A stretch of DNA of 64,000 nucleotides from Hypanus sabinus. Lineage: Eukaryota. A model generated the notes under the pieces. It was not told the DNA's origin, ran no database searches, and was given only the letters and a program-made list of their open reading frames with translations. The stretch is taken from NCBI RefSeq assembly GCF_030144855.1, contig NW_026781759.1:62001-126000 (forward strand), in the 5' to 3' direction. A program made the position numbers and the translations under genes. Of this stretch, positions 22,955-34,571 are shown piece after piece (the stretch's first letter is position 1; every line of letters begins with the position of its first letter).

Positions 22955-24830
22955 GTGTGTGATGGGACGGTGCGGAGGGAGATTCACTCTGTGTCTGACC
23001 CCGGGAGTGTGTGATGGGACGGTGTGGAGGGAGATTCACTCTGTGCCTGACCCTGGGAGTGTGTGATGGGACGGTGTGGAGGGAGATTCACTCTGTGTCT
23101 GATCCCGGGAGTGAGTGTTGGGACAGGGTGGAGGGAGATTCACTCTGTGTCTGACCCCGGGAGTGTGTGATGGGACGGTGTGGAGGGAGATTCACTCTGT
23201 GTCTGACCCCGGGAGTGTGTGATGGGACGGTGCGGAGGGAGATTCACTCTGTGTCTGATCCCGGGAGTGTGTGATGGGACGGTTCGGAGGGAGATTCACT
23301 CTGTGTCTGACCCCGGGAGTGTGAGATGGGACGTTATGGAGGGAGATTCACTCTGTGTCTGACCCCGGGAGTGTGTGATGGGACGGTGCGGAGAGAGATT
23401 CACTCTGTGTCTGACCCCGGGAGTGTGAGATGGGACGGTGCGGAGAGAGCTTCACTCTGTGTCTGACCCCGGGAGTGTGAGATGGGACGGTATGGAGGGA
23501 GATTCTCTCTGTGTCTGACTCCGGGAGTGTGTGATGGGATGGTGCGGAGAGAGCTTCACTCTGTGTCTGATCCCGGGAGTGTGTGATGGGACGGTGTGGA
23601 GGGAGATTCACTCTGTGACTGATACCGGGAGTGTGTGATGGGACGGTGTGGAGGGAGATTCACTCTGTGTCTGATACCGGGAGTGTGTGATGGGACGGTG
23701 TGGAGGGAGATTCACTCTGTGTCTGACCCCAGGAGTGTGTGATGGGACGGTATGGAGGGAGATTCACTCTGTGTCTGACCCCGGGAGTGTGTGATGGGAC
23801 GGTATGGAGGGAGATTCACTCTGTGTCTGACCCCGGGAGTGTGTGATGGGACGGTGTGGAGGGAGATTGTGTGTCTGACCCCGGGAGTGTGTGATGGGAC
23901 GGTGGGGAGGGAGATTCACTCTGTGTCTGATACCGGGAGTGTGTGATGGGACGGTGTGTTGGGAGATTCACTCTGTGTCTGATACCGGGAGTGTGTGATG
24001 GGACGGTGTGGAGGGAGATTCACTCTGTGTCTGACCCCAGGAGTGTGTGATGGGACGGTATGGAGGGAGATTCACTCTGTGTCTGACCCCGGGAGTGTGT
24101 GATGGGACGGTATGGAGGGAGATTCACTCTGTGTCTGACCCCGGGAGTGTGTGATGGGACGGTGTGGAGGGAGATTGTGTGTCTGACCCCGGGAGTGTGT
24201 GATGGGACGGTGGGGAGGGAGATTCACTCTGTGTCTGACCCCGGGAGTGTGAGATGGGCGGTATGGAGGGAGATTCACTCTGTGTCTGACCCCGGGAGTG
24301 TGTGATGGGACGGTGTGGAGGGAGATTGTGTGTCTGACCCCGGGAGTGTGAGATGGGACGGTGCGGAGCGAGCTTCACTCTGTGTCTGACCCCGGGAGTG
24401 TGTGATGCGACGGTGCGGAGCGAGCTTCACTCTGTGTCTGACCCCGGGAGTGTGTGATGGGACAGTGCGGAGGGAGATACACTCTGTGTCTGTCGGGGAA
24501 AGTGTGTAATGGAATGGAGTGGAGGGAGATTCACTCCGTGTATGACCCCGGGATTGTGTGATATGACGGTGTGGAGGGAGATACACTCTGTGTCTGACCC
24601 CCGAAGAGTGTGACGGGTCAGTGTGGAGGGAGATTCCCTCTGTGTCTGACCCCTGGAGTGAGTGATGGGATGGTGTCGAGGGAGATTAACTCTGTGTCTG
24701 ACCCCGGGAGTGTGTGATGGGACGGTGTGGATGGAGAATCAGTGCGTCTGACGCCGGGAGAGTGCGATTGGACCGTGCAGAAGGAGCGATGTAGATTCAC
24801 TCTGTTTCTTTCGCCGGGAGTGTGTCATGG
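22955..24830. repeat. 52-bp minisatellite, ~35 copies, decaying at the right end
   Basis: Unit cactctgtgtctgaccccgggagtgtgtgatgggacggtgtggagggagatt, period 52 (22985 to 23037). Confidence 0.97.
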
Positions 24831-25024
24831 TACGCTGCGGGCGTTAGGGGGTCGGGAGCTTCATACTGAAAAGTGGAAAGTGTGACATTTGACAAGTACA
24901 TTTCCACCTTGATGACTCCTGAGAAGTAAACAGCACTGAGGCCATTATTGAAACCGTAACGGAAATTCTCACTTCATGATCAGACGCTGGAACATCTCAT
25001 TACAACCGCCATCCATTTCCTGCC

Positions 25025-25295
25025 TCTCGGCGACCGCAAACAGTCTCCACCCCTTCACAACTGGTTTCCAGCAGACCGCTCATAGTGCAGTACAGCTCCT
25101 GGACCTCCTCCCTCTTGTTAGTAACGAGGAGCGGGCTTGTCCAAAGTGGTGGGGGTAGTTGGGTCTCGGTGACCGCAAACAGTCTCCGCCGCTCCACATC
25201 TGGTTTGAAGGAGACCGCTCATAGTGCAGTACAGCACCTGGACCTCCTCCCACTTGGAGGAGCGTGCATGTCCAAGGTGGTGGGGGTAGTTGGGT
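25025..25295. repeat. 139-bp tandem duplication
   Basis: gaccgcaaacagtctcc at 25032 and 25171. Both units end gtggtgggggtagttgggt. Confidence 0.85.
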
Positions 25296-25399
25296 GCGGG
25301 GAGGATGGATGCTTGTTGTCTTAATTTTGAAAGCTACATTGCTGAGGCATCGCCTTTTCAAGATGTCCCCGACGCGGGTCTAGAGGAGTTAGGGAGGTA

Positions 25400-25925
25400 G
25401 TGTCTAGCCTGGAGCTGGCTCAGGATCCCCCTATCCGACCCTCATACATAATGCTGATAGTAGATGGAATAGTACCGCACAGTATGGGCCATTCGGCCCA
25501 CAATGTTGTGACGGCCCTTAAACGCTGCCTCCTATATATCCCCACACTTTTAATTCCTCCATATACCTGTGTAGCAGTCTCTTAAATGTCACTGGTGTAT
25601 CTGTCTCCACCACTGACTCAGGCAGTGCATTCCACGCACCAACCACTCTCTGAGTGAAAATGCCTTCCGCTAATATCCCCCTTCAACTTCCCACCCCTTA
25701 CAAAGCCATGTCCTCTTGTATTGAGCAGTGGTGCCCTGGGGAAGAGGCGCTGGCTGTCCACTCTATCCATTCCTCTTAATATCTTGTATACCTCTATCCA
25801 GTCTCCTCTCATCTTCATTCTCTCCAGAGATTAAAGGCCTAGCTCCCTTAATCTCTGATCTTAATACATAATTTCTAAACCAGGCAGCATCCTGGAACAT
25901 CCCCTCTGTATCCTTTCCAATGCTT
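25400..25925 (-). mobile_element. CR1 LINE 3' end
   Basis: MRGDWIEVYKILRGMDRVDSQRLFP...NTRGHGF. Confidence 0.85.
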
Positions 25926-26269
25926 CCACATCCTTTCTATAGTTTATCAGGGACATTAATTTCCTCTAATACGACCCTTGAACTTCTCTGATGTTGGAAT
26001 TCTCAGCACGGTTGACATTTGCAGCGGAATTTAGAGTCTGTCTGAGAGCATCTGCAACGCCCCTGTCCTGTCAGCCTCGGTGGCGGCACCCTGCTCTCAC
26101 AGTGCAACAGTAAAACTTGTCCCACCCACCCCACACCACCTATGCTCTCGCCCTACATGCATTCCCCTGATATAAGACATTTCAAGCCTGGTTTGGGTTG
26201 GGGAAGATACTGACGGCCTGTTCTATCCGTGACGCTGATAAATATCCATCAGGACTCCTCTCAGGCTCC

Positions 26270-26790
26270 GCCGTTCCACAGAAAGCAACCGGGATGTGGA
26301 AGACACAGAAAGGGAGCAGGGGAGATTTACGAAAGGGTTGACTGTATTGCGAAGCAGACCTTCTGAAAATAAGTTGAGTGAAATCGGTCTTTTCTCCTTG
26401 GAGTGAAGGAGGATGAGAGGTGACCTGACAGAGGTGTGTAAGATGATGAGAGGCATTGATCGTGTGGATAGTCAGAAGCTTTTTCTCAGGGCTGAAATGG
26501 TTGCCACAAGAGGACACAGGTTTAAGGTGCTGGGGACTAGGTACAGAGGAGGTATCAGGGGTAAGTTTTGTTTTACTCAAAGAGTAGTGAGTGTGTGGAA
26601 TTGGATGCCGGCGACGGTGGCAGAGGCAATACAATAGGATCTTTTAAGAGACTTTTAGATGGGAAAATGGCGCTTAGTAAAATAGAGGGCAATAGGTGAG
26701 CCTAGTAATTTCTGAGGTAGGGACATGCTCGACACAACTTTGTGGACCGAATGACCTGTATTGTGCTGTGGGTGTTCTATGTTACTATGC
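26270..26790 (+). mobile_element. CR1 LINE 3' end
   Basis: MRGDLTEVCKMMRGIDRVDSQKLF...FTQRVVSVWNWMPATVAEA. Confidence 0.85.
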
Positions 26791-27340
26791 TTCTAACCCA
26801 AGCGGTCCAGCCTCTCTTAATATCTCATGACTCCTAGTGCAGACACTCCAAAGCTTCCTCCAGCCCACAGACATCTGTTCTTTTTTTTTCTGTGCTGAAA
26901 AATGCCGCAAAAAAAAACGATCTCCTCTGCGCGCACTTCAAAGCCACCCCGCCCATGCCCTTCCCGTGCTGGTAAATGCCGGTCATCTGCCAGTCCCCAC
27001 TGCCGACACGATGTCCGTCTGCCTCCGCTCCCTGCTCTACTGCGCGCCTGTCTCGGAGACGCTTAAACGCCCGCTCTCGCATCTGCCTCCACCGATGCCC
27101 CTGGCGCTACATTCCCGGCACCCATCACATCCCGTGTAAAGATAAAACTCAATGCGTGGCATTGACCCCTCTCACTTTCGCTGGATTACACATTTCCACT
27201 CTGGGGGGCAGATCATCCAAGACCAGCCAGGGGCTTCGCTCGGGTGGGCAACCGCAATATTACTGTTGCTAGGGCGGGGAATCTAAAACGAGAGGGGGCA
27301 GCTTTAAGGTGAGCGGTTTCAAAGGGCCTCAGTGAGAGTT

Positions 27341-27860
27341 CCGTCTGTGGAAGGAGCTGCCGGAGGAAGTGGTCGAGGCAGGTACATTAACGACACTCGG
27401 ACAGGGACACGGACAGGGACACGGACAGGAAACGTTTAGAGGGATACGGGTGGTCCGTCTGTGGAAGGTGCTTCTGGAGGAAGTGGTCGAGGCAGGTACA
27501 TTAACGACACTCGGACAGGGAGACGGATAGGAAAGGTTTAGAGGGATACGGGTGGTCCGTCTGTGGAAGGTGCTGCCGGAGGAAGTAGTCGAGGTAGGTA
27601 CATTAACGAAACTCTAGCAGGGACACGGATAGGAAAGTTTTAGAGGGATACGAGTGGTCCGTCTGTGGAAGGAGCTGCCGGAGGAAGTGGTCGAGGCAGG
27701 GACATTAATGAGACTGGGACAGGGATAGGGATAGGAAATGTTTAGAGGGATACGGGTGGTCCGACTGTGGAAGGAGCTGCTGGAGGAAGTGGTCGAGGCA
27801 GGTACATTAACGACACTCGGACAGGGACACGGAATGGAAAGGTTTAGAGGGATACGGGGC
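27341..27860 (+). repeat. 102-bp tandem array (5 copies) derived from a CR1 3'-terminal coding segment
   Basis: ccg(t/a)ctgtgg at 27341, 27455, 27557, 27659 and 27761. The unit translates LWKELPEEVVEAGTLTTLGQGHG..RFRGIR, similar to the CR1 WN.LPEEVVEAGT end motif. Confidence 0.85.
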
Positions 27861-30800
27861 ACTCTCTTTCAGAGTGTCTCAGCTGGTCGACATGGTCTCG
27901 TCTGGCTATTTTCAATATTGTACACCTATATCAAATATACCCTTGTTTATACCCACTACTAAGAATAAAGTTCTTGAAACTCAGGTCGTCAAGTCCCAGT
28001 AAACTGTTTCTGCACTATTTCAACCATATTTACACCTTTCCTGTGGGTTGGTGACTAGACCTGCACGCCATACCCCAGATGAGACCTTACGAATGTTATA
28101 CACAGCTTCTGCATGACATCCCAAACCTGAGTTCAATATTTCCATGTGCCAGGACCTCTCTTTACGAGCCTCCGTACCTGTGACGCAACTTTCAAGGGAT
28201 TATTGGTCTGTCTTCCCAGATGGCCCTGCTCCTACGGCGTTCCTCAGTACCTTCCTGACCAGTGTGTAAATACCGCCATGGTTTGTCTTCCTCAAGTGCT
28301 TCTGAGTTACAGAACAATACAGCTGGTCAGGCAGCATCTATGCATTTTATTTTTGTAGATGCAATGGGCCAACTGCCAAATTTTGCTCCTGCGGTTCTCC
28401 GCTCCTGAGAAAATAGTCCAGCTGTGTCAAACTCTCATCAATAAAGGCTAACGCGGCCTTCACCTTCATAACCCTCGAGAAAATCTCGCAGAAAATTAAA
28501 TGTGGGCCCCTCCGAAATCTTTGTCCCTGAGAAGATCCTGACATTCAGATAATCGCTCCATGAGATATTGTGGATATTAAGCCTCATTGGCTCATCGAGT
28601 CTACGCTGCCATTTTATCATGGCTGATTCTATTTTCCTCTCAGCTCAAATCTCCTGCCTTGCCCCATATCGCTTATTGCCCTGTGCTATCAAGAAACATC
28701 AACAGCTGCCCTGAATATACCCAACGGCTTGTTCTACACAGCTGCCTGCGGAAGCCGAGACAGACATATGCCTATGAGGAAAATGAAAGTAAACTCTTAT
28801 TTTACAAGCAGAACAGATTTGTTAGCAGTTAAGTTACCAATTCAAATCGTTCAGCACAGCATTGTGGGACGAAGGGTCTCTTCCTGTGCTGTAATATTCC
28901 ATGTCCTGGTTTCTAAATCAGGAAATGAACAGCTGACACGTCGGAGCGAGATCCTTCACCGGGATTGGAAACGAAAAGAGGCAGTGTGGATTCAGCAGGA
29001 TGAGGGGATGGATGACAAACTGAGAGACAGTACGACAAACTTATGCCTTCTTAACCACAGAGCCAATCTGTGCAGCAGCTTTGAGTGTCCTGTAGGCTCG
29101 AACCCCAAACACTGGATCTCATACAGAAAACGATTATATGTCAGCAATGGAAAGGTCGCGTTCAGAGCTTTGAGACCATCTTGCAGTTCTTTGAGTGGTC
29201 GATGAGGGCGCACTCGGAATACTGAGTACAGTATTTGGTCACCATGCAAAGGTGCGGCTGAGCAGGAACAAGGGCAGAAAAGAGTGTTGGACATGTACCC
29301 AGCACAAGTGGGATTGAGGCATGGAGACTGGTAGGATACTTGGAACTTGATAGAATGAGGGACGAACTTGCAGAAGTTTCTTTTGAATTTGAACAGACGT
29401 TGACGTGCTGGATGATAAGAGTCTTTTGAGATCCTGGATAGGGGAGACAAAATCTTGTGAACATGCGTTCAGGTAAGGGAGTAGGATGGATTAAAAGGAG
29501 TCGTTTTCACCAAGACCGTGTTATAGGAAGGACCTGAATAGCAGGAGGAAAATGCAGGTTTATTCGGATCGAGTGAGCTGAGAGAGAGTTTTAGTTGGGA
29601 GCGGAAGGATTTTTTTTAAACGTACGTGTATGTAGATGATTGTAAGTGAAAATATACCAGAGAGAGAGGTTGAGTAAGATACGAGAGTATAATTAAGAAC
29701 CAAATAGGGATATACATGGAGGGCTGGGAATCAGACTGATATGACCCCGGCACTGATTGGTTTATCCGACGGGCTGTAATTGTGTACTGTGAATATGACT
29801 GCAACCTTTGGAGATTCTTAACAATTGTTGGCAAGCGAAACCAATTTTGGGAGGTGAAGAGAAATAAAGTCAATATCAACAAACGAGAGAATAGGCAAGT
29901 ATCCCATCAGGCTCTGCGATTCATACGATAGTTAAAACAATGGCTGATTGTCATGAAACAAAGAGCAGAAATAAAAGGAGCCTTTCCTGGTTGGCAGCAG
30001 GTGACTAATAGTGTCCACAGGTGTCTGTGTCGGCACAGATTATTTTTACGCTAAATGTCTATGATTTGGAAGGAATTGATGGCTTTTTTGCAAAGTTTGC
30101 AGACGATCCAGAGATATGTCAGAAGACATGTATTTATTAATATAAATGACTATGATTACCCATTTCACATTTAGCCGGATTCGTAAAGGTTTTTATTCCA
30201 CATGAATGTGAACGATGAAGAAATAAAGTCAATACAATAGAACTGAATTCGGGAACTGAATGAACATGCATTTTGGTAGATCTAATAAAGGTGCAGACTG
30301 TGGCATTGATCAGGAAAATAAATCAGTAGTCAGTGGTGCTAGGGAATTCGGGATTCCTCATGCAGACTTTCCTAAACTTAGAAAGATTTGGAGAGCTATG
30401 ATGTTGTGGCCATTACAAAGATTTTGATGGAGCAATGACAAGAATGGCTACTTCAAGTGTCAGGCTTCAGACAATAGACAATAGACAATAGGTTCAGGTG
30501 TAGGCCAGTCAGCCCTTAAAGCCTGACTGTGATCGTATCTGATCATCGACAATCAGTACCATGTTCCTGCCTCCTCCCCATATCCCTCGACTCCGCCTTC
30601 TGAGCGGAGCTGGAATTGGGAGTTACCTGAGGTACAGACAGCGGGGTGCTGGGGCCCACAAATTGGGCGGCCGAGGAATGAATGGGAAACAGGAAAGGAA
30701 GCTATCTTAAAGGTGACAGGTGAAGTGATGTGGCGGGGAAAGGTGAAGGACTGGAAAAGAGAAAAAGTGGAGACATCTGTACCCAGGTGGACTGGTACCT

Positions 30801-32689
30801 CGAGAAATTAATCCCACTTTGCACTTTCTCTAACCCTGGACCGAACCGCAATCTCCACTCTTTTTTTATTCCCTACTGATCTTTTACCTCCTCTCACGTG
30901 GCTATTACTTCCTCGTGCTCCCTTCTCCCTCCGTTTCTCATATAGTCAGCTCTCCACTCCTATCAGATTCCTTCTTCACCAGCCCTTGTCCGCTCCGACC
31001 CACCAGTCTTCACATCACTTTCCAGCTCGCCTATTTCTCCTCTCCCTACCTTTTTAACTGCCTTGTCTGATAACAATTCCTGTGCCGTACTGGCTTTATG
31101 CTTGAGTAATTTTTGCCTGAGCCTTTATATTGTGGATCAGTTTCATAAAAGGCAAATTAAATCGTCTGCGATTCAATGCTGAAAAACAATACAACTTTTA
31201 AGGAGGCTGAACACTTCCACAGGCACCGAACACTCAGACCTCTGCGAAGCTGAATATGTCAAATACCAGAACGCAGATACATAAAGTGAGAGGCGGACAA
31301 ATTCAGAGAGGGACGTTTTCCACCGGCTGCAGCCAGACATAGGAAGGGGCAGAGGATTGGAGGTGGTGGAACAGCTACTATGTCAATGTAGATAGGATTA
31401 TCATGTGATGTCATTTCCTGTACTTCAGTAATACTTTTCAGCAATTCCATATCTATGCATTTGTTGCGCATGGACTATCTGCAGAAGCCAACATTTATTT
31501 CTTCTCAACCATCACTACTGCCAAACTCCCCAGACATCACCTGTTTGCTGTAATCGTTTTTACCTCTGTTGGGACAGTTCCAACTCACTTAGTCGTCCTG
31601 AAGACGCCTGGTGCAGAGGCACATAGCGGAATGATTGTTTGACGGCTGGAATCGCTTTATTTTAAAGGCTTTGTACTGTTCATCCGTTTGCTCACTCATG
31701 GCGCCAGAGGGACATGGCGCGCACTCATGTCCGCTCGGCGGATCGAAAGCAAGACACTACAAAAGTTACGTTTTCAATGTTCAAAGTTAATGCATTGTGG
31801 GTTTATGCCACCAGAAACATAAATGATGTTCGATTTCTTGTTGGCATGCATATTTAATAGAAGAAACGCTATAGATTGAATGAAAGACAGCAGCGAATAA
31901 GACGATCAAAAACACACAAAACAACAATATGCAAATAATGAACTTTGGAAATCAATAAAAATAGTAATAACAAGACAATACGCAATAAATATCGAGAAGG
32001 AGATGAAGAGTGTATTAATATGCATCCATAGGCTGTGGGAACAGTTTAGTGATCCACCGGCTGAAATTGAGTGCGGTTCGTACCCCGAGTACAAGCGCGT
32101 GATAATCGCGTCCGTAACAACTGTTCTCAAAACTGGTAGTGAGGGACATGGTCACCCCTGGCCCCTGTACATGACGGCAATAGCGAAAAGAGATCATGTC
32201 CTGGGAGCTGGGGCTCCTTCATGCTGGATGCTGTTTTGGGGCGACAGCGCTCCGTGCTGATGCGCTGAATGGTGGTGAGGGCTTAACCCGGAGTGCACTG
32301 GGTCAAATCCAGTACTTTTGTAGGATTTCCCGTTGTAACTTTGCATCTTCCATGAATAGGTCAGATTTCCTTCAGTGGCGGCAGAACACAAGAGCTAGAT
32401 ATTGACTTCAGAAATGTCAGAGCGCATCCACAAGCTCCTGTTAAGGTGAATGATACCGAAATCAAATACGTGCATGTGAACATCGCGAGAAGACTTGGGC
32501 TGGTGCGGCATATTGACGTCAGAGCAAGATGGCTGACCAAAACCTCCAATACTTCAGGTGGATAAATAAGTTCGACATGGCTCTTTACAATCTCAGCAAC
32601 GTTTTACTGATTCATCATAAAAAACATCTTACCCGGATGTATTGTATCCTGGATAATATACTCCCTGACTGGCAGATTACAGTCTGTGC

Positions 32690-33300
32690 GGCTTCAGAGC
32701 TGTGCTTTAGATCGAGCTATAAGTGGCACTATTTGCCCTGAGGGAACTGTACTGGCTCGCTTCCTCTTTACCCTGTATATTTCGGACTTCCGATACAAAA
32801 ATATGTTATGTCATCTGCAGAAATGATCTGCTGACTCTGTAATATTTGGGTGTTTAAATGGACGATGGGAGTTCGAATACAAGGCTCTGGTGGAGGACTT
32901 TGCCAACTGATTCAAGCTGAACCATCTGCCGCTTGGCATCAGTGAAACAAAGAAGATAAGATGGACTTCAGAATGACGAAGGATGCACTGTTCCCTGTTA
33001 CTATTGATTGTGAGGACGTTGATGTGATGAGGACCTACAAGTACCCGAGGGTGACGTGGATGACAGACTTGAGTGAAGCCGCAGCACAGAGGCTGTGTAC
33101 AAGAAGGGCCAGAGTCATCTCTAATTCGTGACGAGGCTGAGGTCATTTGGAGTGTCCATGAATTTCTTTCATCATGTTCTACCAGTCTGTTGTCGCCAGT
33201 ACAATCCTCCGTGCGGTGGTGTGCAGGGTAATGTCAGCATCATCCGTGATACTGGACAATCTCCATTCCACGAACTCTGCCGACATCGTTTAGGCAGTCT
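32690..33300 (+). mobile_element. Rex1/Babar-type LINE RT remnant
   Basis: CHLQK..D...EYKALVEDF...LNHL...SETK...PVTIDCEDVDVMRTYKY motifs. Confidence 0.7.
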
Positions 33301-33439
33301 AAATAGATGAAGACCCGCTCCCATTACGAACATTCCTCTTTATTCACGTGTTGGCTCAAAGAAAGTCTCCAACCCGCTGTGGTAAGATCAATGAACAGCC
33401 CAATTAACGTCAAGATCTCCCTTGATATGTTCATAGACC

Positions 33440-33720
33440 TTACAGCCTACCTGGAATGCATCTGGCTGAAGTGAGTTGTTTGTTCTAACCGTATGTCCTG
33501 TCTATCGTCAGTTCAGCCTCCCGAATGATCTGGAGCTCGTCCAGTTCCCCCTCGAGCTCTTTAACGCGGATTGTCTGGAGCTGCAGCTGAACGCAGCTCT
33601 CGCAACTGACGTCAGGGTTACTGGAGTTCTCTGTGCTTTCCAAGATTCCACAAGAGGAGCATTCAACTATCCTGCCTGTCATCTCTGTTATCCAATCTGA
33701 TCAGATATAATGACAGGGAA
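33440..33720 (-). mobile_element. CR1 ORF1 N-terminal (zinc-knuckle/coiled-coil) remnant
   Basis: IVECSSCGILE...SCESCVQLQLQTIRVKELEGELDELQIIREAE (CxxC...CxxC plus heptads typical of elasmobranch CR1 ORF1). Confidence 0.7.
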
Positions 33721-34571
33721 GGAAAAAAGAAAACTCTTAGCCAACTGTTTTTCTTTAATTTGCCTGTTTTAACTGAAGCCTCTCTGAGCTGACGCATCGG
33801 CGAGCAGAAGCCTGAAGATCACCTGCTTGAAGATCCATTCAGACGATAAATCCTGCACTTGCCCCTGCCGGCCTATTGCGAACAAAAGACAAAAGCCACC
33901 TATTCGCTGGTCAGAGCTGATTTTCACTGTACGGACCCGTTGACGTATTTTATGCCCCTGCTGATTGAAGACCTACCCTCACAAATCACCCAAAGACCTG
34001 ATTTGATGCTTGTCAAAACTCTTTTTCTGAAAATCATTGTTTTCGATTGATCTAACTCGATATCATTTTCAAACTACCTGTGCAACTATAATTGTTAGGA
34101 ACTATCTATGCAATAATTATTTTAAATCTATTTATTTTGTTGTTTTTATTATTATTGTCTGCGTGTACCTTCCTTTCGAGACGGGTTGTGAAACAGTGTC
34201 TAACTGTGTGCCAATAATTTTCTATGTTGTGTCCATTTACAGTAACGGCACATATCCGTGGACAGACGACTGCTGGGATTATTAGATACACTTCCAATCT
34301 GCTTCTGAACTGCTTCTCTGACGGTCGGAAAACAACCAAGGATTTACGTGCACCTGTCATTCCGTAGAACCTAATTATGGGAGTATCTGTGGGGATTAAC
34401 GACGTCACCACGGAGGTGTGGCTACTGGTTGCCTGCACTATTAGTATGTACAGAATCCCTCAAAGTACAGTTTCGGTGAGAGCCGACCGCCTACGCGATC
34501 AGAGATCAGCGGCTGCAGAGAGACAGAAGACAGAGTCTGGATCGGGAACAGGAGTGTGGACTCCCCCAGCA

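Noticed and set aside
22955-24830. CRISPR-like regular array and the many short ORFs across it
   Set aside because: These are contiguous 52-bp units without unique spacers in a vertebrate genome. It is an ordinary minisatellite, and the ORFs are repeat artefacts.
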